Shown in pieces: positions 10,956-21,809 of a DNA stretch of 64,000 nt (position 1 is the stretch's first letter; each line of letters opens with the position of its first letter). The notes beneath the pieces were generated by a model. It was not told the origin of the DNA. It did no database searches and saw only the letters and a program-made list of their open reading frames with translations. This DNA comes from an uncultured Pseudomonadales bacterium (lineage in GTDB: Bacteria; Pseudomonadota; Gammaproteobacteria; Pseudomonadales; Balneatricaceae), in contig CALSNA010000002.1 of assembly GCA_943787595.1 (NCBI GenBank), forward strand, positions 310,467 to 374,466, read 5' to 3'. Both the position numbers and the translations under genes were made by a program.

Positions 10956-11400
10956 TGTCTTAGTCCGATTAACAGGTTATGTGATGCATTCGTTTAATCC
11001 TTGTTCAAATAGCTTGATGAACAGTAAAACATTCAGGCATGATGTGTCATGGAATATACCAATAGTTAATGAATATAAAAAATAATCTTGGCTGGGTTAC
11101 TTAACGTTGAACGATTCGCTGTCGCTGGGTAAAAGATTAGGTTATCTGTTATTCAATTGAACCCATCACCAGTTTTAATCGTCCATTGTTGGTCATTGTC
11201 CCCGGCACTCAGTTGTGTGTAAAGCCTTAGCCTGATAGATTGCCAAATAACTAGAACCTGTTGCCTTGATCAACCAATTTAAGATGGGCATATGGGCCAC
11301 TATTTTTTCCTCCCTGCATCACTAAGCTGATTATCTGTAACAGGACAACCGACAGTAACAATAAGGAAGACAAACATTTCTGCAATATTCACCTGACGAT

Positions 11401-11889
11401 TCACTGTGGTTTCTCCCTGATATACAGGTCAGCTTTAACCAACAGGGGGAAAATAATTGCCCATAAGACAAGCAATATGGAGGATGTGTTCCAAAGGCCA
11501 AGGGGCAGTTCAACAGCCCCCAGCTTCCAACTGGCCAAGTAGGCGTAACAGCCACCCGCGGCACCGATTAAGATCAGCCAAAGGATGTGCAAGCGTCGCA
11601 AAAAAGCCAAGCTATGACCAAAGTTAAGGACAAATGCGAACCAAAGCACCAACAGCCAAAATGGCCATTCACTGAATATAAACACCCCTAACTGCATCAG
11701 GGCCATATCAGTGGCAATACCTATAAGTGCCAGAACCATGATTTGCAAATCTTTTTGCCAGCAAGGGCTTAAAATAAAGTGTAATAGCAAAATACACAAT
11801 GGTAGCATCAACCATTGGTTGCCACCCAATACCGTAGTCGGCCAGATTATTTGAAAGCTCACGGCTTGAAACCAGCGCCATGGAGTCAT
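11401..11889 (-). CDS. DUF2878-family membrane protein
   Basis: 162-aa, 4-5 TM protein whose start lies 3 nt after the cryptochrome stop. DUF2878 is the usual neighbour in photolyase-associated clusters. The assignment rests on context plus hydrophobic architecture. Confidence 0.55.
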   Translation of the reverse strand: MTPWRWFQAVSFQIIWPTTVLGGNQWLMLPLCILLLHFILSPCWQKDLQIMVLALIGIATDMALMQLGVFIFSEWPFWLLVLWFAFVLNFGHSLAFLRRLHILWLILIGAAGGCYAYLASWKLGAVELPLGLWNTSSILLVLWAIIFPLLVKADLYIREKPQ

Positions 11890-11892
11890 GGG

Positions 11893-13239
11893 TTATTCCT
11901 TTATTATAGCGCTATCAGACTTGATCATTGGCCAATCCGCTGCATCGACAGAATCTAATGATTCATCATGACCTTCACCACACCATTTAATAATGAACGA
12001 CTTATCTGGATCATAGCGCTTGGTCTGTTTATCCATATCAAACCATCGCCTGCCGCGAGGGTCTGCCCCAACACCTGCCAAATACTGCCAATTGCCCCAA
12101 TTCACTGCCACATCGTAATCTATTAATTGTTGCTCAAAATAAGCTGCGCCATAGCGCCAATCCAGGTTGAGCTCATTAACAAAATAACTGGCGACAATTT
12201 GACGGCCACGGTTCGACATATAGCCCGTGGCATTAAGTTGATTCATACATGCATTAACGATTGGGCAGGGCGTATTGCCTTGACACCACCGCTGGAATCG
12301 TTCGGGATAGAAGGTCGTGAGAACCTTTTTTTGCCTTATGCCAGAACGGATAAACAATTTTGCCTGATGCGCATGGGCCAGCCACTGAAAATACTCACGC
12401 CATAACAATTCAAATTGTATCCAATACGTGGATTCACTGGCTTTAACATCATGTTCATAATACCGCAGTGCGCTGAGAATTTGTTTTACCGAAATGCTGC
12501 CATTCGCCAGCCAGGGAGAAAATTTGGTCGAATTGTCCCACCCGTCAAGCGCATTTCTAACCTGTTTATAGGTGCTGGGCAAAAGCGTACTGAAGTAGCC
12601 CAGTAAATGGGATTTTGCCCCACTTGCCCCACCTATAAAAAGCAAAGAATCACCACTTTCTCTAGCTAATGGCAGCCTGGATATTGTGGACCACCGTTTT
12701 TCCTTTGGGGGTGGTGGCAAGTGCGTTAATGACGAGATAACGACGTTATTAACTAACGGTTCGACACGTTTTCTGAACTTAAAGAACGTGTCGGGGAAAT
12801 CTGCCAGAGAGAATGGCAAGGCATGTATTGAAAACAGCGTATGTGTTGCTAGCTCTTCAAAGTTAATTGACCGATAGCGGCATTGCAGGGTTTGCCAAAG
12901 TTGATTTTCATAAAATCCAGCATTTTGGCTGCGAAATAATGCTCTGATATCATACTGTGTGATTAGTTTTGCTATGGCATCAAGTGGTGACTCATGGATA
13001 ATCAGTAGCTGTTGCCCAAAGGCTTCAAGTGCCTGTGTCAAATCGACCAGTGTCTGTTGCAAAAACCGCCAACGGCAATTGCCCATGGATTTCTGTCCAT
13101 ACCGATTAGGTGTAAACCAGGCGGGATCAACAACATAGACGCAAAGCATCTGATTAACTCTTGCGGCAGTCTGTGCAAGCGCAAGGTTATCATCTAAGCG
13201 CAGGTCATTTGTGAACCAATATAAACCAGTGTTTTGCAT
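11893..13239 (-). CDS. Cryptochrome DASH / photolyase-family flavoprotein
   Basis: N-terminal LYWFTNDLRLDDNLAL. The FAD-binding C-terminal half has TKFSPWLANGSIS, WREYFQW, GYMSNRGRQIVASYF, DWRYGAAYFEQQLIDYDVAVNWGNWQY and GADPRGRRWFDMDKQTKRYDP. Start placed at ATG 13239; the ORF track begins at GTG 13275. Confidence 0.88.
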   Translation of the reverse strand: MQNTGLYWFTNDLRLDDNLALAQTAARVNQMLCVYVVDPAWFTPNRYGQKSMGNCRWRFLQQTLVDLTQALEAFGQQLLIIHESPLDAIAKLITQYDIRALFRSQNAGFYENQLWQTLQCRYRSINFEELATHTLFSIHALPFSLADFPDTFFKFRKRVEPLVNNVVISSLTHLPPPPKEKRWSTISRLPLARESGDSLLFIGGASGAKSHLLGYFSTLLPSTYKQVRNALDGWDNSTKFSPWLANGSISVKQILSALRYYEHDVKASESTYWIQFELLWREYFQWLAHAHQAKLFIRSGIRQKKVLTTFYPERFQRWCQGNTPCPIVNACMNQLNATGYMSNRGRQIVASYFVNELNLDWRYGAAYFEQQLIDYDVAVNWGNWQYLAGVGADPRGRRWFDMDKQTKRYDPDKSFIIKWCGEGHDESLDSVDAADWPMIKSDSAIIKE

Positions 13240-13951
13240 CAATATAGTAGGTGTAACCCTGTCATAAATTAACACTGTCTGAGCTACATCTGGCGATTGC
13301 TACCACCATATGCTCTCAGGTCGGTGCAACGCATCATGAGACTAGAAATTGTTATAGCGTCATCTTAACCATTCAGCCTTGCCGGCGTTCTTCAGTTTTA
13401 TGAAATGCCCCATATATTGATGTAAGAAGCTCCCAACAAAAAACCAAACAACTATTATAACAGCACCAGTCTAATGTGATTGTCTTATAATGATCAACGG
13501 TTGCAGGGATTTAAATACTTAATTTATTTTTTCTGGTATGTGTAGCCACAAGTTCAAAAAAGATATTTCCTTATGCTACAGCAAGGATTATGAATCCCTA
13601 CCAGTTTTCTAACATAGCATGACAATGTGTGTCTTCCAGAGGCAATAAAAACATGCCCAACGCCGAGAGCAGCCGTGAAACAATGCGATCAACTGTACAT
13701 TAAGGAATACCCCAGCACACAATACTTTTACATCCAGATGAGACAGACACTGATCACATAAGGAGTTCAGCATTCAAAATACCAACTGTGGCTACAGATA
13801 CGATGATATTGCATATGCCCTGGAGCATCAATGCATGTTTAATACACAAATTTTTATCGACGTTTACTAACCGCGTGATGAGATTTACTATTTAAGTCTT
13901 CGTGAAGGAAGGCCGTCTAAACGACAGGCCTCCCCAAATCAACACAATAAA

Positions 13952-14404
13952 TTAAGGGCTGACTATAAAATTGCCACGCATGCTGTAAGAGTGGCCTGGG
14001 AAGGAACAAAAAAAGGCGTATTGCTCACTACTATCAAAATTTGACGCAGCGAATTTTATACTGGTAGTCTCACCACCACCAATGACTGATGAGGCAGCAA
14101 GCACACGCGTGTCGTTAAGTGGAACGTAATCAGCGTCCAGCCCTGCTGCCATGCCATCGTTTGCAACACCTTCCAGATCAGCTGCCTTAGTCAATACCCA
14201 GTTATGTCCCATCACATTAGCCTGTAGTTGGCCACTGTGAGCAAGATTGATGGTAACAGATTCACACTTCTTGCTCACATTGATTTCTGTCAAATTAAAC
14301 TTAAGATTATCACCAACTTCCAGATCAAATACGCAAGCTGCCTGGGATAAACCAGCAACGGCAGAAAAGATAAATAAAGTGGTTACTCTTAACAAATTTT
14401 TCAT
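13952..14404 (-). CDS. azu: Azurin (blue copper protein)
   Basis: Signal peptide, then AACVFDLEVGDNLKFN ... VMGHNWVL ... FFCSFPGHSYSMRG. The Cu ligands are H(GHNW) and C-x4-H-x3-M. Confidence 0.92.
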   Translation of the reverse strand: MKNLLRVTTLFIFSAVAGLSQAACVFDLEVGDNLKFNLTEINVSKKCESVTINLAHSGQLQANVMGHNWVLTKAADLEGVANDGMAAGLDADYVPLNDTRVLAASSVIGGGETTSIKFAASNFDSSEQYAFFCSFPGHSYSMRGNFIVSP

Positions 14405-14984
14405 GATAACTCCATATATTATAAATACTTACTACATCTAAGTTGGGCTGATCAAGACGCTTCCCAATCGTATTGTCCATTGACATGGGTACTTATTTTC
14501 GTTGTTACCAAACGCCTATTTCCGGACGAACAACAGTATACAAGAACACGCCTGGTAAGCCACCCATTTATCACCTCTAGCAGTGTACATAACCTTGATC
14601 TTTCACTCATTCAGACAAACCTGCAAACGAGATAGACTTAATAAAAATGAATTAATTATCAAACCAGTACGCCAGAAGTAAAATAAATACCCTAGGCTAT
14701 TCGTACAGCCACAACTCAGCTAGTTAGCCACTGACAGGAGTATTTACACGTCATATAGTATTGTCAAACTATTCATAACTAATCCCTTATTGTTCAGAAA
14801 TCTACAAATTTATGCACAATGAATTTTATCCGTGTTTGATAAGGTATACATTCATGCATGACTTAGGCTTTTAAGCTTACAAGATCAGTGTGAGGTATCC
14901 TGAGAGTACTCTGAGTGGTTTTTCATTCAGCATGTTTTTGGCGGCTTCACGAAACATATGGTTTCTAACAGGAATATAATCATC

Positions 14985-15255
14985 TTTTGTTTCAGCTGAC
15001 AGTTTTCTTCTTCCAGATCTTTCATTCGGTGGATATCCGCAGCCTCCATGGCACTATATTTAGATTGCCATATATAACAGGTAGCTTGATCAAAACCGTG
15101 ATTACGGTAGACCTCCAGAGCTGGCATACCAGCTTTGCTTCTTTAAAAATGGCGGTGACTTGACTTTTAATTAATCTCTTATTCATCGTAAAAACGCCTA
15201 TTGTTCAATCATAGAAATATTTATGCCCTCATTATTAGTTTAAGGAGTAGCTACA
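14985..15255 (-). mobile_element. Remnant of an IS3-family element (outer inverted repeat plus 5' part of orfA, frameshifted and truncated)
   Basis: The reverse strand from ATG 15186 reads MNKRLIKSQVTAIFKEAK, then (after a frameshift) AGMPALEVYRNHGFDQATCYIWQSKYSAMEAADIHRMKDLEEENCQLKQK. This parallels orfA of the intact IS at 30607-30867. The leader CATCGTAAAAAC and terminal AGTTTAAGGAGTAGCTACA (ending 15255) match that IS end (AGTTTAGGGGGTACTTACA). Confidence 0.7.
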
Positions 15256-15723
15256 CGATCTTCTATGACTTGAACAATTTTCAAGATAACGTTACTATCA
15301 AATAGAATAAATGTAAAAGGCACTATGTTGTGTTAGTGCTTCCAGTTTCTTACGCCTAATCCAAACGCATTCAGGTAACTTAATGCAGTACTTGAAAACA
15401 CTATCCAGTCAACATCAATTTTTTACGTACTATAATTTATCATTGAATTGTAAACATGCATGTCAGGTAATTATAGAAGTTATTACTTTACTGAGAGATT
15501 GATTTTATTTTTACTATTTAATAGGTATTGATGGTTTATAATACTGCTCTAATCACACAAGACGATTATAAGAAAAAATTTAAGCTATTGGCACAATCGT
15601 TTTTTAGTTGATACAAATTGACAGGATTTTTTATTTTTCCAGTAAGTAAATATGCTATATTTTAATATATTGATCTGTATCGGTAATAAATGGATAATTT
15701 AATCTGGACATCTTAAAAAAGAT

Positions 15724-16074
15724 ATGATTATTGAGGTAGCCATGGGATTTGAAAAATATAGTAACGATGAAATTTCAGCATTAATTAACGAACTCAATGA
15801 TGAAAATTGTGGGTGGTATATCGAAGATGAAAGAATGGCCAAGCAGTTTTTATTTAATGATTTTAATAGCGCTTTTAGTTTTATGACCATGATTGCAATG
15901 TATTCAGAGAAAATTAATCACCATCCGGCGTGGTTTAATGTCTATAATAAAGTTAAGGTGCAACTGACAACACATGATATTGGCGGCATTTCGCATAAAG
16001 ATGCGAACCTGGCAAGAAAAATGGATACTTATGCTTGTTATTTGACCAGTGTGTCAAAGGCACACACGAATTGA
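15724..16074 (+). CDS. phhB: 4a-hydroxytetrahydrobiopterin (pterin-4-alpha-carbinolamine) dehydratase
   Basis: [47 protein letters not shown] matches the PCD/DCoH HHP...YN.V...L.TH signature. The start could instead be ATG 15742. Confidence 0.8.
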   Translation: MIIEVAMGFEKYSNDEISALINELNDENCGWYIEDERMAKQFLFNDFNSAFSFMTMIAMYSEKINHHPAWFNVYNKVKVQLTTHDIGGISHKDANLARKMDTYACYLTSVSKAHTN

Positions 16075-16711
16075 GATAGGCATGGCGCATAAGTATTAAT
16101 TCGTTGTAAAAAAGACCAATAAGGTTTTAAAGTAGCCAAGCAGTTGGTTATCTACTTGGGGTAAAATGCCGTTTAAGCGCTATTGAAACCATCATATTAA
16201 AGCATGACGTATCTCAGGCAGTCTAAGGTTTTATAACAGAATCCCGGTGGAATCTTGGCAGGCTTGGTATCAAGGGTAAAATTAAGGGATTTGGCTTGCC
16301 ATTATGCTCGATTAATTTAAACCTAGATGAATATCTCAATGCAGGCCAAAACAGGTATTAATACTGTGAGCAGCCAATTGGGTATGCCACTCAGAGCTAT
16401 TGAATGCAGTGCCAAGCCCCATGAAGACAAATGTTTACAGTCTAACGCACCATGCCTGGTGGCAACTTGCTGATCGACTACGGTCTGTATTTTGGCAAAA
16501 ACTGCTCCTAAACGACCGAAACTGACCACGCATACTGCAACCAGAAGTGCTACAACTTATTGCCACTGATCATCCAAATCACCCTCTCACTCGGCACCAA
16601 GGATGTTTCAATGACCCCTAGTTATCGAAAATAATCCCTATTCTAAACAATCACACCTGTCTAACATGGGGTTACTTTCAATTTTTATAAATGATAACCT
16701 TTCAAAAAAGA

Positions 16712-17440
16712 TTACTGATCTTTAGACACTTGGTTCTTTATGTATTTTATCATGTCCTCAATTTTATCTAACCTGTTGCTTAATTTATCCTCACTACTAC
16801 CAATAAATTCATCAAAAATTATTCCAGCCAACATATTTACGAGTACAAAAGAAGTAAGTAATATTAAAGTAATATAGTACATCCAGCTTAGCGTATAAAC
16901 AGCCATTATTTCATACATAACATCTGTCCAGTCATCAAAAATAAGAACTCTAAAAAGAGTCAGTATTGATAGTGATATATCTCCCCATAATTCATGATTA
17001 ATATTAGAAATATGATATTGAACCAATTACATCGTATATATAAAAAATAATAAATAATGGAATTAATGTTAGCTATTTGAGGGATAGCCCTATATGGTAT
17101 GAAAATCATTTTAATTAGTTCAGGCATAAAATATATGAATCTAAATAATTTAATTATCCTTAAAATCATGCCCAGAAAAAAGCTGGCTATCTTCAAAAAT
17201 AATCAAGCTACCAACTACTATTAAAAAATCAAAAAGTTTACAGAAATTTTTAAAGAAGTTGATGTAACGATTTTCTAATTTAATCCTAGTAGTGATTTAT
17301 AAAATAAAAAAATAGCAATAGAAACATTATAAAAATATAGTATTTACTTGATCCATACTGTCAATGAAAAAGTAATCATGGAAATTATGATTGCCAAAGT
17401 TAAAATAATTGGAGTTACGATTTTTTTCAAAAATCATCAT
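16712..17440 (-). pseudogene. Decayed voltage-gated ion-channel (ion_trans family, NaChBac/Cav-like) gene
   Basis: Pieces lie in different frames. S1-like KKIVTPIILTLAIIISMITFSLTVWIK, followed by a stop. S3-like NFCKLFDFLIVVGSLIIF. S4-like LRIIKLFRFIYFMPELIKMI (ORF 16960-17196). Pore/S6 SILTLFRVLIFDDWTDVMYEIM...LLTSFVLVNMLAGIIFDEF (ORF 16712-17026). Several frameshifts and stops separate them. Confidence 0.65.
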
Positions 17441-18563
17441 TTTATTAACTCAATAAAAAACCAGAATTTCAAATAACATTAGAATATAGAAAATATTTAT
17501 TTTATAAAAAATCAATATCAAATACGTTTATGGTTAATAAAATATATTCTATGAATCTATACAGAAAACGCGTAAATTTTTATTATAGCAAAAAATATCG
17601 AAGTCATCCAAAAGTATATATTTAAAAAAATATTTCACTTTATCATATTTATTTTTCTACAAATGAATTCAGCATGAGATACGATAATATTCAATTATTG
17701 ATATATTACCTGCTTATCCATGCTGGAAGTATGTAGCAAAATATTAGCCAACCCAGATGATTTAAAGATAAATTGGTTCAACTATAAATGGTTTTCATAG
17801 GAATTCCATAGGATCATTAACCAGTACGGACAAAACATACTTTTAGTATCTTGATCCATGATCACCTTCAGTTGGGCTAATCTCTGTAGTTAATGGTATA
17901 AGTGGTCTAGTTACAGGAAGTTAAAATGTCTACCTGAAAACCAATGAGATGAACTAATGATTGAGTTAGATGCTGAAGTTATGAATACTACTGGCATTAG
18001 AACCATTACGGACGGTCTACTGGGCCAGTTCTACCGGCATTAAAAACTGGATTATCCAAGCAAAGGATTGGGATTTTGGAATAAAGCGGTTTCATGACCA
18101 ATCCAGAAAGATATTCAGGCCTCCAAAACAAGCGACTTTGAGTAATTACAAGTAACAGCTGTGCTGTCGATAACACCATAAAATCTACAGTTCTTCCAGC
18201 CATTACAGGCCTATTACTGTCTTATGATGTGACAATTGATAAATGAGCTGAAAATGATCACTGGAGGACTCGCTGGTTTGCTAATAGACCTTCAGGATTG
18301 CAAGTAAGCGTTAATCTCAGCAGATTAACTCTAAGGGTAAGGAGTAAAGTGATATTTAATATTTATCGACAATCCAGTCTTAGGGTTACTGAGATATTTT
18401 GAGCCAGAAATTAACGTTAATTTGATCCGTTATAAATCCTGACCTGGTTGAGGCATTCGGGAATGGAAAAATTGAATAAAGAATGAATTAATAGTTAGAG
18501 CAGGCATTGTGACAGTTAATGTATTTATCTAAATATGTCATATTTCCAAGCTCAAGATAATAT

Positions 18564-19421
18564 TTACTGATTATCCATTGATGTAAAAAACCGCCCTATT
18601 CTCCCATTGAGATCTGCCAGTTGCATGGCTTTTTGTCGATTTAATTCCATCGCCTGCTTGACTGAATCAGAGAAATAGCTTGTGTCCAGCAAGGTCAGCG
18701 CTGCCATTATTTCGTCACTGTTGGCACAGATGATCATACCTTGAGGATCAAAATAGTCAGCAATATTGGGTGTGCCCCAAAAAATGGGTAATGTACCGCA
18801 AAGCATACAATCCAGTAACTTTTCAGTGTAAAAATCATCTTCTCTTACATTCTCAATGATCACTGAATAATGGTAAGGCAACAAACCATCTGCCTTATTT
18901 TCAAAAGGATTATATCCGCGTCCTAAAATATCCACAGGCAGGTATTGGGCCCGAATTTGTTTAATAATTCGATGGCGCAATTGATGCCCAGGCATATCTG
19001 TTTTGCCTGATGCAATAATAGAGCAAGATTTTTGTTTAACATGGCCAGGACCAAGTACATTGACATCAACCCAAGATTGGACGACTTCAAAGGCATAGAC
19101 ATTATCATAATGATTGCACAGCTTTTGATAGCGACACAGCACCGAATTAAACTTAAACCGCAATAGCCAGAGCATCCGATAATAACGACTCTGAATAGCC
19201 CAGGGTTCGAACATTAACAAAGTTATCTTGCACCGCAGTCTACCAATAGGTTTTAAGAGTCGTGTCGATGAAGGGTAGCAGACTACTCGATCGGCTGTAT
19301 CAAGGTCTGCGATGACTTTGCCATATCTTGGCTTGCTCAGGGGCCAGATTAGCTCTTCCAGGGGGATTTCAGCTAGCTTTGGATGATGGCGCAAGTTGTA
19401 AGGCACGATTCCAACTGGCAT
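18564..19421 (-). CDS. Glycosyltransferase, GT10 (alpha-1,3-fucosyltransferase)-like
   Basis: The C-terminal motif YHYSVIIENVREDDFYTEKLLDCMLCGTLPIFWGTPNIADYF resembles the GT10 signature (F..AFENS...DY.TEK....L..GTVP...G). AT-rich, with no neighbouring sugar-pathway genes. Confidence 0.6.
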   Translation of the reverse strand: MPVGIVPYNLRHHPKLAEIPLEELIWPLSKPRYGKVIADLDTADRVVCYPSSTRLLKPIGRLRCKITLLMFEPWAIQSRYYRMLWLLRFKFNSVLCRYQKLCNHYDNVYAFEVVQSWVDVNVLGPGHVKQKSCSIIASGKTDMPGHQLRHRIIKQIRAQYLPVDILGRGYNPFENKADGLLPYHYSVIIENVREDDFYTEKLLDCMLCGTLPIFWGTPNIADYFDPQGMIICANSDEIMAALTLLDTSYFSDSVKQAMELNRQKAMQLADLNGRIGRFFTSMDNQ

Positions 19422-20325
19422 GATTAGCTTCTCTTAACAGTCTATTAAGCAGGCAGATTAGCACTGACATATAAACTGGTCAATTTTAGAACTTGGCGTG
19501 TTTCTTGTGCTTAGTGTCAATTGTGGTTAGTTCATACTTCACAAAGTAATCATTATCCATACCAGACCTAAAATATTTTGCATTTTGACGGTTTCTGAGT
19601 TTACTTGTTAATAGAAATTAACTGGATATTGTGTGTGTATGAAAATCACCGTGTACAACACCAAGTGATCGGCAGGAAACACGCCAACTGCCACCAATAG
19701 GACTGACCATATATTTAATAGCTTGATCCATTTTCAGAACAGATCAACGCGTCAGGTCTGCTATATCTCCATTTTATAGTCTGTATGTATAAAGCAGATA
19801 GTAAGATAACTATTAATTGGCAGACCAAAAATTATAGCGCCTGTTTTCCCTACTCTATAGGACTACAGCCTAATAGCAGCCCAAAAAAAACTCACGATCA
19901 CTAGGTAGTTTCACCAAATACTACATTAAGTTACCATGATATTTTTGTATCAAGTTTAAAAAAATCGACGTATTAACCCATAGCCATCTAAGTCACCAAA
20001 GCGATAAGGGATTATGGGAGAGCCGCCTGTATCTAGTGACGGGATGAGCCCAATTTTAAATGGTTAATAATCAACTCCAGCCACTTTAAGGGACACTTTA
20101 CTGTAGGTGCGCATGACCTACCAATCATTGCACCGTGAAAAAGCCGAAACAAACGACACGACCATGACAAACACTTTGATAAAATCAACCATCTTTTGGA
20201 GCAGCCCTGTTTATCTCTCAAGCAGTGGCGTGTCAGTGCCACAAGCTATACTCCTTGTGACCCTGTATTCATTGTTGCATGATATGGAGCAAAATAGTTT
20301 GACGATACTATCTGGGAATAAATAA

Positions 20326-21486
20326 ATGCATAAATCAAATAAAGAGAGTTTTCGATCCTTCAGTTTTGGAACTCAAGTACGAAAATCACCCTTTTCTGAC
20401 GCAGCCTTAAGGTGGGGAGCCAAAGGGTTTTCTATTTATAATCATATGTACATACCGCGTGATTTTGGTGATCCCATTCAGAATTTTTGGAATTTGGTAA
20501 ACAACGCCATTCTTTGTGATGTTGCAGTCGAACGTCAAGTTGAAATTAGGGGGCCGGATGCAGCGCGTTTTACGCAGTATCTTACATGTCGTGATATATC
20601 GAATTGCGAAGTGGGACAGTGCAAATATGTTCTTATAACAGATGAGCATGGCGGAATCATAAATGACCCGGTTTTATTAAAACTGGCAGAAGATCACTTC
20701 TGGCTATCTATTGCCGACAGTGACGTATTGCTATGGGCCAAAGGAGTAGCCGTTCATGCAAATATGGATGTGCAGATTGGTGAGCCTGATGTGTCGCCTC
20801 TTCAGCTCCAAGGACCTAAATCCAGAGATGTTCTTAATGCTGCCTTCAGTAGTGTACCAACTGACTTAAAATACTATCATTTTATAGAATTTGACTGGGA
20901 TGGTATCCCTTTGATCATTTCAAGAACAGGATGGTCAAGTGAACTGGGTTACGAAATCTTTTTGCGTGACGGAAATAAAGGTGATCTTCTTTGGGAGCAT
21001 ATCATGAAAGCAGGGCAGCCGTTAGGTTTGGAGCCAGGGCACACTTCAAGCATACGGCGAATTGAGGCAGCCATGCTTTCTTACAATGCTGATATGACAA
21101 CCAAGGATAATCCATATGAATTAGGCATGGATCGTTTAGTTGCCTGCGACAATAAAGTTGAATTCATCGGGAAAGAAGCCTTGCAACGAATAAGGAACCA
21201 AGATGTTGCACGACGTTTTGTTGGTCTTGAGATTTTTGGCGACCCTCTCGTGGGGTCAAACGATGAACGATGGCCTGTATATTTTAATGATACAAACGTT
21301 GGATACGTCACGTCTGCGGTCTATTCTCCAAGGTTAAAGAAAAATATAGCGTTAGCCATGATATCTACAAAAGCAGCTCAAAATGGCACTGAATTAAAAG
21401 TTTATGATGGTGCTATAGAAAAACTTAGTGTAGTGGTTTCGAAGCCATTTTATGATCCAAAAAAGACAATTGCGACAAGCACCTGA
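20326..21486 (+). CDS. Aminomethyltransferase-fold (GcvT family) protein, DmdA/demethylase-like
   Basis: 386 aa. N-terminal VRKSPFSDAALRWGAKGFSIYNHMYIPRDF and LCDVAVERQVEIRGPDAARF resemble THF-dependent demethylases of the GcvT fold (DmdA-like, as I recall). The C-terminal barrel has VGYVTSAVYSPRLKKNIALAMI. Confidence 0.7.
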   Translation: MHKSNKESFRSFSFGTQVRKSPFSDAALRWGAKGFSIYNHMYIPRDFGDPIQNFWNLVNNAILCDVAVERQVEIRGPDAARFTQYLTCRDISNCEVGQCKYVLITDEHGGIINDPVLLKLAEDHFWLSIADSDVLLWAKGVAVHANMDVQIGEPDVSPLQLQGPKSRDVLNAAFSSVPTDLKYYHFIEFDWDGIPLIISRTGWSSELGYEIFLRDGNKGDLLWEHIMKAGQPLGLEPGHTSSIRRIEAAMLSYNADMTTKDNPYELGMDRLVACDNKVEFIGKEALQRIRNQDVARRFVGLEIFGDPLVGSNDERWPVYFNDTNVGYVTSAVYSPRLKKNIALAMISTKAAQNGTELKVYDGAIEKLSVVVSKPFYDPKKTIATST

Positions 21487-21591
21487 TAAAAGCCCCAACC
21501 GTTGGTGTGTAGCGGTGAAAATCAGTGCCCAGCTATATGACTCTTTGTCTGATGCCTTAATGTGCATTGACGTGATGGGTAACAGGAGCTA

Positions 21592-21753
21592 TGTGCAAGT
21601 TTTTTAAAAGCAGCAGTAGCATATTTTGGTTTTAATGCTATTGGACTATCCATTGCTTTTGACATCTTAAAAAAGGTCAGCAATACACGCGTTTTATTAG
21701 CAGACCCTTATAGCTGTGATGATTGTATTATTTGTTGCTATGTAATTGCTTAA
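21592..21753 (+). pseudogene. Fragment of a C39-peptidase paralogue (internally deleted)
   Basis: The 53-codon frame reads MCKFLKAAVAYFGFNAIGLSIAFDILKKVSNTRVLLADPYS. It aligns to residues SFSDLKQAATKFGFNAVGLSIDFDTLKKIK...GISNTHVSLADPSWG of the intact C39 protein at 26701-27318. The catalytic-His segment is deleted. Confidence 0.6.
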
Positions 21754-21809
21754 AGAATAATTGCAGTTTTTTCAAAGACTGCCTTATTTAAAGTATGCTT
21801 TCAGTCTAT

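Noticed and set aside
21526-21533. GTGCCCAG, an 8-nt match to the tRNA-Leu 3' end, as a possible distal att site of the older island
   Set aside because: A match of eight nucleotides with no flanking similarity is expected by chance in 64 kb. It is worth re-checking only if comparative data place a junction here.
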